Shown piece by piece: positions 1 to 12,803 of a stretch of DNA of 64,000 bases. How positions within the stretch are numbered: the first letter of the stretch is position 1; the number at the start of each line of letters is the position of its first letter. Below the pieces are notes generated by a model. The model worked only from the letters and a program-made list of their open reading frames with translations, was not told the origin of the DNA and ran no database searches. The DNA is from Antedon mediterranea. Lineage: Eukaryota > Animalia > Echinodermata. A program made the translations under genes and the position numbers. The stretch lies in contig NC_092679.1 in assembly GCF_964355755.1 (NCBI RefSeq), positions 3,006,201 through 3,070,200 of the forward strand. The letters are read 5' to 3'.

Positions 1-303
1 ATAGTAACCAGTTATATCAAAAAATAAAAGGGTCGAAATATGGTGCATTTTTCTAAAATGTCCCTGTACATTTATAGTAGTTTTTATAAAATGGTTGGCA
101 ATATATATGTGTACTTTTAAGAAATAATAATAATCATATTTAATAAATAATTTCTGAAAGTAAACCCAAAATGTAAACTAGAATTCAAATTATCATTTAC
201 TAGTTTTTATTATCAATTATAAATTTGTTCGATAAAACCACATTTTATCTATTCCATGATTTAAATTACTCTACCTAGCCTTCATATAATATTCTATTAT
301 AAC

Positions 304-1414
304 CAGTGGCGTATCCAGTAGGGGGGGCCGGGGCCCTGATTTTGTTTCTGTCGGCACATCATCGCGGCCGTCGGCAAACAAAGGTGCCGGGGAAAAAAAT
401 AAACTATTTATTCTGACAATAATTGAACTGTAAACATAATTCTTTTGAGTGTTTGTTTATTTACATATTATATCATCATTGATCCCTTCAGATCAACTAT
501 TTTTTATTTTCATTACATCTAACGAAACACGTAAAGAATGTGTAGCACGTACGTACGTACGCGGTAGATTTTTTACTCAAAAGTCTTTGACCTTACCCTA
601 AAACCTTGTTTTTGCATGCAGTTGAGCCTCTCATGACCTGGGATTTGTATGTCTTCCTACGCTAAGAGATTATATAGTTCCACATGCCATGCTTTTTTGT
701 CTAAGATATATTTATTATAAGTGCCAAAACCGGGTTTTTTTTTCTCGATATGAGGCCTTTATTATTCAACATTTTTAAAGAAATCGCGATTGGCATTGCT
801 CACGGTTGAATGATTTAGGATTCTAGCTGATTTGATTGGTGGATGCGAATCACCCGCAGCGGAATGTTTTCTCTCGCGCGTGTACCATGAATCTCTCTGA
901 TCGTTACTACACAAAGTTAGAGCAATGAATTTGTCCGAATTCCGTTAAGTAAACAACTTTATAAATTTTATAAGCATTTAATAACATGTTTTATTGATAT
1001 TTCCAATGGTGATATATAAAATAAATTACTAAAAAACGTAATTATATGTAATTATTTTAACCAAAAATGGCGTAGTTAATAGAATTATCGACTACTGAGG
1101 CCGCAAATTGTTTTACTTCTTTCGTGGCTAAAAACGATCATTTTTGGCGATGTTTTAGACCCTATATTTCGAAAACTACAAATCAGATTTTCCCAATTCT
1201 TTCTTTATTGTAATATGAATACAACATACTAACAGATAATGTTGGTTTGGTTTTAATTTTTATCGTTATCCCATATAAGACAATGACTATGTAATCCTAG
1301 AACATATATTGATCAGAGACGTCGTATGTACAAACTACAGATAATGACTCCAATTTTGTCGGCAAATTGGCAATTCCCGGCCCCCCCAACTTCAAAATCC
1401 TGGATACGCCACTG
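304..1414. mobile_element. Non-autonomous hAT DNA transposon
   Basis: TIR CAGTGGCGTATCCAG / CTGGATACGCCACTG with perfect 8-bp TSD ATTATAAC. Confidence 0.88.
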
Positions 1415-1696
1415 ATTATAACACACCTGATTGTATTCTTGCAATTGGTTAATTACGCATGTCGTGTCATTTAGAATTAAGCCCTACATAGCTGATACCT
1501 TATTGGTGATAATTTAGAGTGCTTTAAACATTTTAAAATGTTTTTCCACGTGACGTTACTTCGCATTAAAAATTCGGGTCTGGCTCCATAACAATAGAGC
1601 AGTCAATTTTTCGACTCATGAAATATTCTCACCATCCAACTCATAATAAACATTAATCAATTGTGGAATATTCGTAGCTGATAAATATATAACATA

Positions 1697-1785
1697 CAGT
1701 GGCGTAACGCAGAGGCTTATTTTTGACAAATCTGCTCATGGCCCCTGGGTTTAGCGAGTAAGCACTCATAGCCATTATGCCACTG
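1697..1785. mobile_element. 89-bp hAT-type mini element
   Basis: CAGTGGCGTAA / TTATGCCACTG ends with 8-bp TSD ATAACATA. Confidence 0.8.
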
Positions 1786-1910
1786 ATAACATATTATTGA
1801 ATCTATACCTGAATTATACAGAGTTTGTTTTAGAAAGCATGGGTGCATTCCCCATCCTTTAATTAGCGACTCCTGTGCTTGTTTTTAAAATACAGCTGAT
1901 AAATATTGTG

Positions 1911-4900
1911 TCATACGTCTTGTTCTTTCCTTTTATTAATTAATGTTAATACGTTTTGCAATTCCTGTTCTAGTTGTAACTGTAGACCTGCCATCTTAGT
2001 TGTTCCTTCATTTTCAAATTCACCATGTTGTAACTTTTAATAAACAAAACAAAATATAAAATTGATTTAAAATAATTATTAAAAATTGCGCAGTTTCTTT
2101 TTTAATACTGAAGCAATCCCAGATCGGAACAAATAAAATTGAGATATCTTAAAATATTTATATTATACACTTTCCTTCTTTGTACACTTGTGTTAAACAG
2201 CACATTGAGACTATTTTAAAACCATTAAATTACTTTACAAAAAAATACTATGTAAATGTTTTGGTAAATTAATATGAAGCCTACCTTAGTATTACTATGG
2301 ACTGTCTTAAGCATCAGTTTGGCGGATGATAGTAACTGTATTGCTTCTCTGTGACTGGTTTTAGATTCACTCACCAATTGATAGGCTAAAGAAAAACAAA
2401 TCGCATTGTGACCAAGAAATATCCACAACAAGCTATGAAATACCATTTGCGATAGCCTCAATATTTAAACATTTGACCATAACAAAACGAATAATATCAT
2501 AATAAAAAGATTTTCTGTATAGAAAAAAATTATAATTTTTAACAATTATATTACACTCAAATGTGACAATTCACAATTGATTTTGTGAACGTTTATGGTT
2601 GACTCATTCATGCATATAGAAGCTTGGTTCTCACTTGGACGCAATGTAACAATGTAGTTGACCAATTACAAGCAACAGTTTGGTTGACCCTTTGTATCGT
2701 GATTGGTCAAATTACATATACATCTCTGTGTTGCGTACAAGTATGAACAAAGTTTTAATAGTATTACAGAATCTTCCATTACATGTGATGCATACCTTTA
2801 GAAAGTTCAATGGACTGTTCCATTATCACCATGCATGTTTCTACATCTTTGGACCAATCACTGTTTTGTGTTCTACAACGATGAGACTTCTGAAGACATT
2901 GTATTGCCTGAAAAAAATTAGAATTAGACAATGAACATGATTTGTACATAGGCTCTTAAGATCACAAACCCACCCACACCAAGAGTGCCACAATTTCAAC
3001 ACAACCAAGATACAAGACCCAATACCTTGAGATGGGCAGATTGGTCCACATGTATACCTTATCATTGTCTATTTGGTCACTTGAATGTCCATCACCTAGG
3101 AGTCTTGCGTACGACCTCCACACATCGGCATTTCCCGTAACAATCGATGTCAAACGACCAAACAATTCCTGCAGTTTCTTCCGGTGTTTTGAAGCTAACA
3201 TAAAAAATGAGATAGCGATTGTTAATACTATTACTAATACAGTACATTTTTATTTCCAAATAAGGACAATTCAACACATACCTGGTACTCCATCACTGCC
3301 TGTGATGTTGTTAACAACTGCCGTTACTAAAATATTCATAATCTCTTCATCGACGTACTTGCCTTTTAAATCCAACAATCTATGACACGCTTGTATACTG
3401 CTTTGGAAATCACCAACGTCAGTCGCCACCTCAATTAAAAAAAAAATGGGATAGAAAATAAAGATAATGCATAGCATATGAATAAACATAAAAAAATAAA
3501 ATGTATTGTGTATTTGTAAGTTCCTGAACTATGACCTAGGACAGGAAGTAAATATCCTAGGTCAACTCTTAGGAACCACATCTCAATGTTCATTATAGTG
3601 ATACAGAAAAACTAGAACAGTTCAACCAATCACAAGAACCGAGAGATATTGCTTTACCACAAATGTAACACAGGCACAATCATTGGACGGACTGAACTGC
3701 TGACTAAATTTGTGGATGTTTTTTGAAAGAAAATTATTGAATTTATTAAATATATAAGGCTAATCCAGAAAACACATCTTTTACAGACATACAAGGGATG
3801 GGCTTATACTACACAAATATTGCATACTTACAAATAAGAAGTTTTCCCAAACTTTTTCATTTTCATAGTTACACTTGATCGCTTCCTGCAGTGTTTTATG
3901 AGCTTTTCCCCTAAAAAAAAGCAACAAAAAAAAAAAACTTTTTAAGGAGAACACCACTTTCAAGATGACATACTTTAATTTAGGTAAATTAGATATGAAT
4001 ACATCCATTCGTAAAACAGCCTTAACATTTAGGCTGCAGTCCATTGAAGTAAATCAAAATTAAAACCGTAGTCCCAAACAATTAAATTAATTAAATGCTA
4101 ATTATTTATAATAATTTAATAATTATTTAAATACACTTAATACGTCTACTTTTAAGTTGATATTTACTTGCTTATTTTTAAGTTTAAAAACTTCAAAATA
4201 AGCAAGTAAATATCAACTTTATAATAACATATTTATCGAGAATCAATCAAGTCAGGTTGACTTACTTTTCTTTTAACTTTATATGACAATGTGCAAGATT
4301 ATTCCAAGATTCAAAATTCTGAAGAAAAAGAAATTATTTATTTGACAACAATTCAATTCAATTCAAATTTATTTAGTCATTGTTTATATTTACAATTTCA
4401 GTATATAATTGATGGCAAGGGTCATGCATAAAGAAGAGAGTGCAGATATTCAGCAATGATAACAATGTCAAAATATTATCTTGAAATCCAAGTATCCTTT
4501 TGTGAATTAAAGAACAGAACATTCTTTACATCCCGGTATTAGATTGACAACTTACATCCATCTCTATGGTAAGACACTTTCGGTACGCACGTATGGCCAC
4601 TTTATACTGTTCAGACTTGAGGGCAGCAAACCCAAGAAGAAACCAAGTGTTGTACTGAAAACAAAAAATAAACATGATTTTTAGCAACAAATCAGTACTT
4701 CAAATTGTTTCTTAGCGTGAAAGTTCATTTGTAAAGCGCCCTCACCGGCCATAATTTCTTTGTCAGTTCCTTAACTATGACTTAAGACAGGTAGTAAATA
4801 TCCTAGGTCAACTCTTAGGAACCACATCTCAATGTTCATACAGTGATACAGAAAAACTAGAACAGTTCAACCAATCACAAGAACCGAGAGAGATATTGCT

Positions 4901-7900
4901 CTACCACAAATGTAACACAGACACAGTCATTGGACGGACTGAACTGCTGACTAAATTTGTGGATACTTATATAATTCTATATAATAACTAAAAAACACCA
5001 AAAAATACTTCTATAATATGCTAACTACTAATGGGTTTCCAGGCTTACATCTACTTGTTGCCCTTTTCCATCATAAATTCAACTTACCTGTAGTGAGTTC
5101 CTTTCTAGAGATTTTTCAAAACACTGGATACTTTCTTCATATTTTTCATCATCTAAATATAACCTTCCCAGCGATCTCTGCGCTCTAGCACTTTTATGAT
5201 TGGATACTTCCCACGCTTTTAAATAATGCTCCGGATTTCTAGTCACATCACCAAGTAGGCATAGCATCAGTGGCGTTTCCTTGGCTGACAGTTGGTCATG
5301 TATAAGACGTTCTGCCTACATAAAAATTAAGAAAATAACTAATATTGTACAGAGTAAAAAAAAAATTTCATTCACAGTTACATCATTTGAAGATACTGCT
5401 TTTGATTTTAAAAAGAGATAAAAATGACATGACATATCGAATACATTTTATACAAATAACATATGAATTTTAGAAGTCTATTTCCGATTGATAATTGTCA
5501 GTTCCTGAACTATGACCTAAGACAGGAAGTAAATATCCTAGGTCAACTCTTAGGAACCACATCTCAATGTTCATTATAGTGATACAGAAAAACTAGAACA
5601 GTTCAACCAATCACAAGAACCGAGAGAGATATTGCTCTACCACAAATGTAACACAGACACAGTCATTGGACGGACTGAACTGCTGACTAAATTTGTGGAT
5701 ATTTTGTAAAAGCATATTAATGTAATACCTTATCAAGTTTATCAAGTTTTTGGTAACAAAAAATAGCCTCTTCCCATAACTGCAGTCTTAAGTATACTTG
5801 TAATGCAGCACTTGTAGATCCAAGACTTAGTAGCAAGCTAGCTTGTTCACTCTATGAAAAATAAAAATGACATGGGGGTTTCAAACAGGAGTTACAAAAC
5901 AACTTTTATTGGGACATATCATTTTTTTTTTATTCATTCACAATAACAATGTTGAATAAAGAAAAGAAGCGGGTGCTTGACAGTTTGAGAACATTCATAA
6001 ACAAAAACAAATAAATAAAACATCAATATGGGTCACCCACGACCAGTCAGCACCTCCGGTGGAACACTCCCCTGTGGGGAATAATGGGGAGATACTCCTT
6101 TACCTTACTAGTGATTCAATACAACTTTGAAACACAGTAGAAACCTATATCTGGTTACCAACATTCAGAGGGAACCTTTTCATAAAAAGAAAGATATGCA
6201 ATACATGTATGTGTTAATACGTCTTTATCGAACATGAGGTTACTGTTTATAAACCAAAGGATGGACCTTGTTAACATGTTGAGAATACAGATATTGACAA
6301 ACGTACCTCAACTACCCATTTCGGTGGTAGATTTAAAGAATAGAAATGATGGAATCGAACACTAACTGGACACTTCTCTTGTTTTAATTCGTTAACTAAA
6401 ACCTGAAACATAAAAAATATATATAAATGTATATTAATCTTCATTGTACTAAAAAAACAAGTATTGCTATCATTGTCACATTTATCTTATTTATTTATGA
6501 TATCTTATAACAATAATAAGAAATAAAATGTCAGTTCCTGAACTATGACCCAGGACAGGAAGTAAATATCCTAGGTCAACTCTTAGGAACCACATCTCAA
6601 TGTTCATTATAGTGATACAGAAAAACTAGAACAGTTCAACCAATCACAAGAACCGAGAGAGATATTGCTCTACCACAAATGTAACACAGACACGGTCATT
6701 GGACGGACCGAACTGCTGACTAAATTTGTGGGGGTACAAAAATAAATTATGATAATTTCTAGCATTATCATTTTAATGTTTACTAATTTACTTTTATGTC
6801 ACTTCAACATTTCTTATGTAATACAGTACTAAAGCTCTGTTTACACTATCAAACTTTATGTGTTATTATATGTATATATGGACATGATGATGTCATATCA
6901 CTACCATATTTGGGCACATCTCCCTTTTTTTTGTCAAACTAGTTTGATAGTGTAGAAAAAGCAATGATGTACAGTACCTCAACCTGCATCATGGCTCTCT
7001 CAATTTTTCTTCCTTTATCTTTCTCCAACAATGAACGAGCCATTAGTGCTTTTATTTGGGCACCCCAACACTGTGGCTGTCCCAATACATTCTGTAAAAA
7101 CAAACATTTACAAATTATTTATAAAACGATTCAAAATTAGCTCAAACTTACAATAGTCTATGCATGCTAAATATCTTGGGTACATATCTTGAGTAAGCTC
7201 ACTGGGTACAAAGGCTTACAAAGTAGCTAGCCTAGTGGTTCTTAACTTTCTAGTACTATATAAAACACTGTTCTACTTACGTCAACATACGCATTAAGTT
7301 CTTCTTTTAAAAGTTCAAATTTTGCGCTGTTTCTTTTATGGTGAGAACTAAAAAAATAAATAATTTTCTTATTCATAACAATTTGAAAACTGTAAATCAA
7401 TTAATTAATGATATATCGCATCATCTTGCTTTACTGTGCAGAACCTAGTTGAGTATATTCGCACATTACACTACACAGTCTTCAACAAAATATTATGGCG
7501 CTTTTTCCTGGTCAGCTGCTGTTCTCGGCAACGCCCTTCTAAATTCAATCACGAAAGCTGAATCACTCACCACATTCAAACAACTCCTCAAATCCCACCT
7601 TTTTGATTTGCACTTTTATCATTAATCTTTTACTCTTTTAAATTTCTGTTTTCTGTTTAGAGGCACCCTGCATTTTGCGCAATATAAATTGAACATTATT
7701 ATTATTATTAACATGGTAAAAACCCTCATAGAGACAGGTACATTGCTATTCCAACTATTTTCAACTTACAAGAGCCCAAGTACAACTGCTTGTTGTAAAG
7801 GTGCAAGATCCGTAGACTTTGTTTCATTTGGTTCAAGAAGTTGAACACGTTCTAAAATAACATCATCATCTAGGTGAAGATCCTAAAAGAAAAATAATTA

Positions 7901-10900
7901 TTATAATAATTTAAGCAAGCATTTTGTTATTTTCACCAATATTTTACGAGGGTGGTCCACTTAATACATGGTTAAGCAAAATTAAAGTTAGACTTTGGTT
8001 TCTCCAAATACAAGTTTTGAATTTTGCTTTGTGTAAAATGAATGAATGTTTGTTTATTTTTTTGTAACATTGTTCATATATATATATATTTATTTATTAC
8101 AATTGAACAAATAAATATTTACTTGACTTGAATTTGTCAAAAACAAAGGCTAGACAGAGATACAGGCAACTGCAATGGTGCTATGCTCTCTAATGTTCTG
8201 TCTACACTATCAAAAGTGTGATGTGCCTAAATATGGTAGTGATATGCCCAAATATGGTTCAAAAGAATATGTGAAAAAGAACACAAAAGAAAAATTACCT
8301 TTGGTAGATTTTCTTTAATTAATGATTTATCATCTTCTGATAAAGCTGTTGATAAAGTAGCAATCTCTTGTTTTTCAATCTTCAAGATCAACTGAGCACA
8401 ATTTGTTTGCTGAAATTTTGTCCTTTTTCCTAAAGCACCTAAAAAAAAAAAATAAAAAATGGAGCAGGGTTGTCAAAAGTATGTAAATTGTAAATTTAAG
8501 CTTTCTGAGGGATGTGGCAGTAACCAAACATCTTTACAGAACTTTGGGAATTGTTTAGTTTTATTTAACTTTACCGACTTGAGTTACCAGTCATTATCAT
8601 ATTTATAGCTTGTCTACACTATCAAGCTTGTGATGTGCATATACCGTAGTTCCTCGGGTATAATCCCACCTCCGGTATAATCCCACCCCCGACTTTACGA
8701 TTACCTTCTCACGCAAGCATATCCCCGGGCAAAGTCCCAGTGTATAATTTAACATTAGGCCAGAGGTGAGCCTAGGCCTACTGTAGCTAGCTAGGCATAG
8801 GCATAGCACAGGTAAGACCAAATAGGCCGCCTAGGCCTAGATGGCCTGGCCGTCTAATTGCTAGGCCTACATCGGAATATAGCTTTTAGATAGGCCTAGC
8901 CTAAATCGTAGCTAGAAGAAATTTCGTCATTTTCAGTTCATGCAGCGGGAAATCTCCGGGTATAGTCCCACCTCCCAAATTCGGGAAAATTTCACGTACA
9001 AGGGGGGGTGGGATTATACCCGGGGAACTACGGTATATGGACATGGTGATGTCATATCACTACCATGTTTGAGTATATCACTACCATATTTGGACACATC
9101 ACACATTTGCTTTTACCAAACTAGTTTGATAGTGTAGACAGAGCTTTACTTTCTTATACCATATATATTTGAGTATGGTCAATCCATTTTTACGTACCTG
9201 TAAAACTGACTTTTATTCCTGCGGCTTTTTGAGCAGCTTCTAAATGATCTTCGCTTTGTTGATAATGATAGTAATAATGCGATAGAGGGCAGCATTCAAG
9301 ATGGAACATCACGCACAACTCCATGTTGTCCTCATTTGCCACGAGGACCTCATTTTTAAGAACTTAAAAAGAAACACAAAATGATTACATAACACAGGAT
9401 GAAATCTGAAGACATTTCAAAAGACAAATATATTTTGTTACAACCACCAAGGCTGTACAAAGATATTCAATTGATATTGAATCAGTGACTACATTAGTAT
9501 AACTACAACCTTGTTGTAAAACTTGGCCATTTTGTAAAATACCAACCTATTAAACATCTATGATTGTATATTAAAACTTACTTTTTTCTCTACATTTCAT
9601 AATTTCTTCATGAATTTCGGGAGACTTTTCATCTATGAGTTGTTGTTGAATCCACAAACATCGCATAGCCCACCAATCAGAAGTCTAGAAAAACAAATGA
9701 ATGAAGTATATTTGTGTAAATTTAAATAATTACATTTTTTTTTAAATTAAAAAAAACTAGCTCAGAATATAAAGTAGTTTTCCAATTTTTTTAAAAACAC
9801 AAATTGCATTTGATGACATAACATTAGACCTAAAAATTGTATTAAATAATTCAAATGAATTTTACAACTGAATAATATTAAATAATTCAAATGAATTTTA
9901 CAACTGAATAATATTAAATAATTCAAATGAATTTTACAACTGAATAATAGAATAGAAGAAAATTAGAAATGGTCTACAAACGTACCTGGCACATTGTTAA
10001 TAGAGGGCGACATTGTACAAGAATAACTTTCGCAAGGAACAAGTATTCCGGGAAATCTAAAAGTGAGTATACAGCATCGCTACTGCTACTTAGAGATTCC
10101 TTACAAAACTCTTTAAAATCCTGAGCCTAGAAAAATATAAAGAGATATCCATGAACACAAAACACACAAAAATAATCGTACCTAATACTGTATAGAGTGT
10201 GAACTTCTTAATATTATTATTTGTCCTTTTTTTAAACTGGCCTTCTGGTTGCTTAGATAGTCAACTTCTAAAGCTGTCAAACTAGTTTGACAAAAAAGTG
10301 TGATGTGCCCAAATATGGACATATCACATATTTTGTCACATAAAGTTTGATAGTGTGGACAGAGCTTAAAGTTTGATAGTGTGGACAGAGCTTTAGGGAT
10401 TATTCTTTGCAAATTATAAATATACAACTACCTTAGTATCAAATTGTAAAATGTATTTAGGTGGGAAGAGCTAGATATGGAGAATCAAATATAGCACAAT
10501 TTGTACATCTTTATAAAAATAATAATAATAAGTGTACCTTTTCTGTTGTTCGCAATCCTTGTGATAGGAAGTGAGTTGGTTGACATTTTGTTTTTGGTCC
10601 AGTCCAGTTATTCTGTACAAACAAGTTGAGTAGTGAGATACCAATGCACAAAACTTCTAACTCTCTATTTCAATTTTTTAATGAGAAATGAACAAAAACA
10701 AAATTATTTTCCATCAGATTGTTTCTTGCAAAGTTTATTGCAAAATAAACCAGCAGAGTAAGTGAATACTTAAATTAACAAGTGCAATAAAAATAAGTGT
10801 ATTGTAGCATGTAGAAAATTGGTTTTGTCTGGCGAAATGCATTGAACATGACATTACGCCATCTACACACGGAAGTAATAATTTAATTACTCTATGGTAT

Positions 10901-12111
10901 ACACTATAAAACTAGCCACTGGAATAAAAGTCAGTTTTACAGGTACATAAAAATGGATTGACCATACCCAAATAGATATGGTAAAAGTAAGTATAGCTCT
11001 GTCTAACACTATCAAACTAGTTTGAGAAAAATTATGTGATGTGCCCAAATATGGTATGATATCACATCATCATGTTCATATATGGGTGCATCACATTTTG
11101 TTGTCACATAAAGTTTGATAGTTTAGACAGAGCTTTAAGATGGCCTTATGCCCACACTAATATTTAATGAAGTACCTTTCTATACAATTAACCTGTTCGT
11201 CATTGAGGTATTTTTTAATTCTGTTCTCAATAGCATTTCCCAAATCTTCCATCCCTTCTTCTTGCGTGTTAGTTCCAAGGATATCGACACTTGTACCGCA
11301 CAAAAGACATGATTCATATTTACGATTTAAAACAAGCTGTACACATTTATCACCTAAAAAGAAGAGAATATATATTTATAACGCATAATTTGAGATATAA
11401 ATCATATACTTATAGGGTAGTTTCTTAAAAATTTGTAACAAAATTATGGCCCGTCTCATTTTATCATTATTTATTTCCCTACTTTATTTTATTTGTCAAA
11501 TGTAATATTATAGGGCCTAATTAAAATTATAGGGCCTATATTTAGTCCTACATACAGTAGTCTAGTATTTTATAAAAATATTATATAAATAGGACTAGCC
11601 TAGACGACCTCCTAGTAGTAGGCGTAATTTTGTAATTAATATTATCGTATTATTAAATATGCATATAGCTACTAGGACTAGATAGTTACTAGTAGCTAAA
11701 GGCCTACCTACCCTAGGCCTACTAGCTAGTAGGCTATTTATTTAGGCCCTATTTCTATTTGTATTTTATTTAAATAAAATTAAAATAATTATTAAATTCC
11801 ATTCACAATATGTAAATCATAAAACATATGCATTGTCGGAAACTATGTGAGCATCAATTCGCCTCAATTCTTTGCATGAAATGATTTTTGATCAACGACA
11901 AAACAAGTCTGCTTAGGCTAGGCCTAGGCTTACTAGACTAGAGCATACCCGTAGTCGGACTGCCACGGTTACCTTCGGGTTCTGTCCACGCCGCCGCTGC
12001 CGATGTTTTATCATCCAACTGTTTGCTTACATTCTTACTTATTACATTCGATTCAAGTAATAAGCATTTTTCAGTATCCACAAGAAGGTTATAATCTGAA
12101 GGTAATGCCAT
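1911..12111 (-). CDS. TTC27: Tetratricopeptide repeat protein 27, spliced, about 21 exons
   Basis: GT-AG exons read by hand: 11973-12111 (ATG, MALPSDY), 11176-11353, 10538-10664 (LFVQNNWTGP), 9986-10126, 9582-9685 (DWWAMR), 9198-9363, 8299-8438 (GALGKRTKFQ), 7770-7882, 7281-7347, 6978-7092 (IERAMMQ), 6307-6402, 5729-5851, 5088-5314 (HKSARAQRSLG), 4556-4654, 4266-4318, 3831-3909 (KVWEN), 3281-3429, 3058-3194, 2796-2907, 2285-2385, 1911-2033 (TGA). Motifs match TTC27/Emw1 as I recall them. The last exon is the least certain. Confidence 0.93.
3512..3717 (-). ncRNA. SNORA74: H/ACA snoRNA, SNORA74/U19 (snR191) family, copy A
   Basis: Sense to host in TTC27 intron 16. H box AAAGCA, ACA 3 nt from the 3' end. 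Pockets AGTCA/GTTAC and GAGT/TAGTT are each 14 nt from their box and complement 28S helix 69 (GUAACUAUGACUC). Confidence 0.9.
4758..4964 (-). ncRNA. SNORA74: H/ACA snoRNA, SNORA74/U19 family, copy B
   Basis: TTC27 intron 13. Same architecture as copy A, H box AGAGCA, ACA box. Confidence 0.9.
5493..5700 (-). ncRNA. SNORA74: H/ACA snoRNA, SNORA74/U19 family, copy C
   Basis: TTC27 intron 12. Reads ATCCA..GTCAGC..GTGTTACA..AGAGCAA..GAG..TAGT..ACAATT, the motif order I recall for vertebrate U19. Confidence 0.92.
6526..6733 (-). ncRNA. SNORA74: H/ACA snoRNA, SNORA74/U19 family, copy D
   Basis: TTC27 intron 10. Compensatory pair change in the 5' hairpin (CGGTC/GACCG versus CAGTC/GACTG in copies B and C). 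Confidence 0.9.
8644..9033. mobile_element. Tc1/mariner (pogo/Tigger-like) MITE nested in a Harbinger MITE
   Basis: TA|CCGTAGTTCC...GGAACTACGG|TA splits a Harbinger MITE spanning 8607-9145. A second left end lies at 43203-43345. Confidence 0.85.
9840..9949. repeat. 36-bp tandem repeat x3
   Basis: TATTAAATAATTCAAATGAATTTTACAACTGAATAA repeated three times. Confidence 0.9.
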
Positions 12112-12803
12112 TGTATTTCAAAAACTTTACAGAAAAATCATAAAACACAACATTTACGGGACAGACCAAAGTAGGCCTAGAACAACCACATGGCACATTA
12201 CGTCACAGATTGAAACTTCATTCCTGCTACTTAGTGTCAACTTGCGTCAACACCAATCAAATCGCGTTTAAACCAACTTCAACACGTTAACTACGTCAAC
12301 TTGAGTCCATTTATATTTTGGGCATTTGATGATAGTCTGAAATCTAGGAATGTTTCACACTCATTGTGTACAACAACAAACTCATTTGTTTAAAATTTAT
12401 TTGTTTTCTATTTCATAACATGATAATTCATTTTTTGCACAATTTAAAAAAACAATTGTATTATTTATTTCTCAATTACAATTGATTGTTCCAATCATTT
12501 TTTAAAACATAATACAATAATTCTGATTTTTCTGCTGTCATTATCATATTTGTTATCACTCTGGTTTCTCTTATTAATTTGTTTATATTTGTAAATGTTT
12601 TAGATGCATTTTCAGATGAAACTGCTAATGTAATCTTTAAATAAATACTAATACTGTAAGTTTATTTAAGCCACTTCAAATACAGTAATAAAATGCACTC
12701 CATCATGTGATTTGTTTTAAAAAGACATCAGTATAGAGTTATTCACCAGGAGATAATAACAGCCATTTGGAGTATTGTATGCAACATACTTTCAAATACT
12801 TCA

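Noticed and set aside
3512-6733. The 205-bp repeat as a SINE or MITE
   Set aside because: No TIR, TSD, Pol III boxes or tail. One copy per intron, sense orientation and rRNA-complementary pockets fit a snoRNA.
11272-11290. ATATCCTT on the minus strand as another U12 donor
   Set aside because: It lies within the open frame of TTC27 exon 2, which has a normal GT donor at 11175.
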